A stretch of 64,000 nucleotides of DNA from NCBI GenBank assembly GCA_964035545.1, contig OZ037769.1, positions 15,468,633 to 15,532,632 of the forward strand. The letters are read 5' to 3'. This stretch comes from Bugula neritina (taxonomy: Eukaryota; Animalia; Bryozoa). The notes under the pieces were generated by a model. It saw only the letters and a program-made list of their open reading frames with translations. It was not told the DNA's origin and searched no databases. Within the stretch, counting starts at the first letter, position 1, and each line of letters begins with the position of its first letter. Positions 63,111-64,000 of this stretch are shown here, piece after piece. A program made the position numbers and the translations under genes.

Positions 63111-64000
63111 TTTTATTTTTTTTTAACTAAATTTTATTTTATTTAATGTATAATTATATTTTGCCTTATTCATCTCTATTTATAGTTGTTAGTTATATGT
63201 TTTCCCTAACAACTTTGTTATATTCCATGTGCATTAAAATACTATAGTATATATAAGCTATTTATTATATTTCATGTGCATTAACACGGGCTGTATTTTT
63301 TTAGCTTGTTGCACATAATTAGATGGTTTATTTTCATACTCAAGCAAACATATTAATCAGTATTGTTTTTTTTGTGATGTCATGAATTTGACTTTAAGTT
63401 CTGTATGCAGTAACAAAAAACTGTAAACTACTAAATACAATCGGCATTTATGTAAGATTTTACATACACTACATAATATAATATACACATATACATTACA
63501 ATTACTTGTGGGATTTGATTTATTTTCTATCGAGGCTTGTAGCGAAACAAATCAACCATTTGCAATAGCCAAATAAATTGTTTAAAAGAGAAGCATATCT
63601 TACACAAAATTGATCCAGAAAGATCTGGAATTTACTCAAAATGATAGAAAAACTACGAGCTAACTAGCAGAATGAATAGATAACTTCATTAAAACATAAA
63701 ATGTGCATTCCAAACCATAAAAACATCAAATAGATTTAGATTTGTTGTATACACAGGGAACACAAGTTAGATTATTTACCTTAATTCACTTGGTCTTGCA
63801 TTAAGAGTTGATGACTTCATGCAATCTATAGAAACTATTCCATGGAGTTGTCTCTTTTTTTTATTTGTCTCGTAGTACAAGGCAACATAACTCATACATA
63901 TACGTATGTGAGCCATATTATTATAGTCGAAGCATGTGTGTTCACTTTAGTCGTTGTTCTCTCATATCACAACCTTGACGGATTTAATTTAAGAATCTCG

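Overview
AT-rich, intron-containing animal genomic DNA (probably an invertebrate; not prokaryotic, no CRISPR, rRNA or tRNA genes). By chaining GT-AG exons by hand I rebuilt seven spliced genes. (1-2) Two adjacent orphan genes on + (18152-20431 and 21004-22386) that both start MGNDCC. (3) An 18-exon mitochondrial-type 10-formyltetrahydrofolate dehydrogenase, ALDH1L2-like (-, 23230-34116). (4) FBXO8-like F-box/Sec7 gene (+, 36606-39003). (5) A CABIT-domain (THEMIS/GAREM/serrano-type) adaptor (-, 40442-47203). (6) IQCC-like gene (-, 48453-54956). (7) A bZIP transcription factor (+, CDS 62081-63110) whose predicted leader has three short uORFs plus one overlapping uORF, as in ATF4/GCN4. A full-length Ty3/gypsy element (57101-61602; identical 232-bp LTRs, ATTCT target duplication) sits in that leader intron. 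It has one in-frame TAG in gag and a +1 gag/pol junction at CCG-TAA. There are also MITEs, many intron-filling minisatellites (one is an array of AP-1 sites, one triplicates a splice acceptor in frame) and 6-bp-periodic tracts flanking promoters. Positions 1-15000 contain no coding sequence I can recognise. All gene models and family calls come from reading the sequence and recalled motifs; no database search was run.
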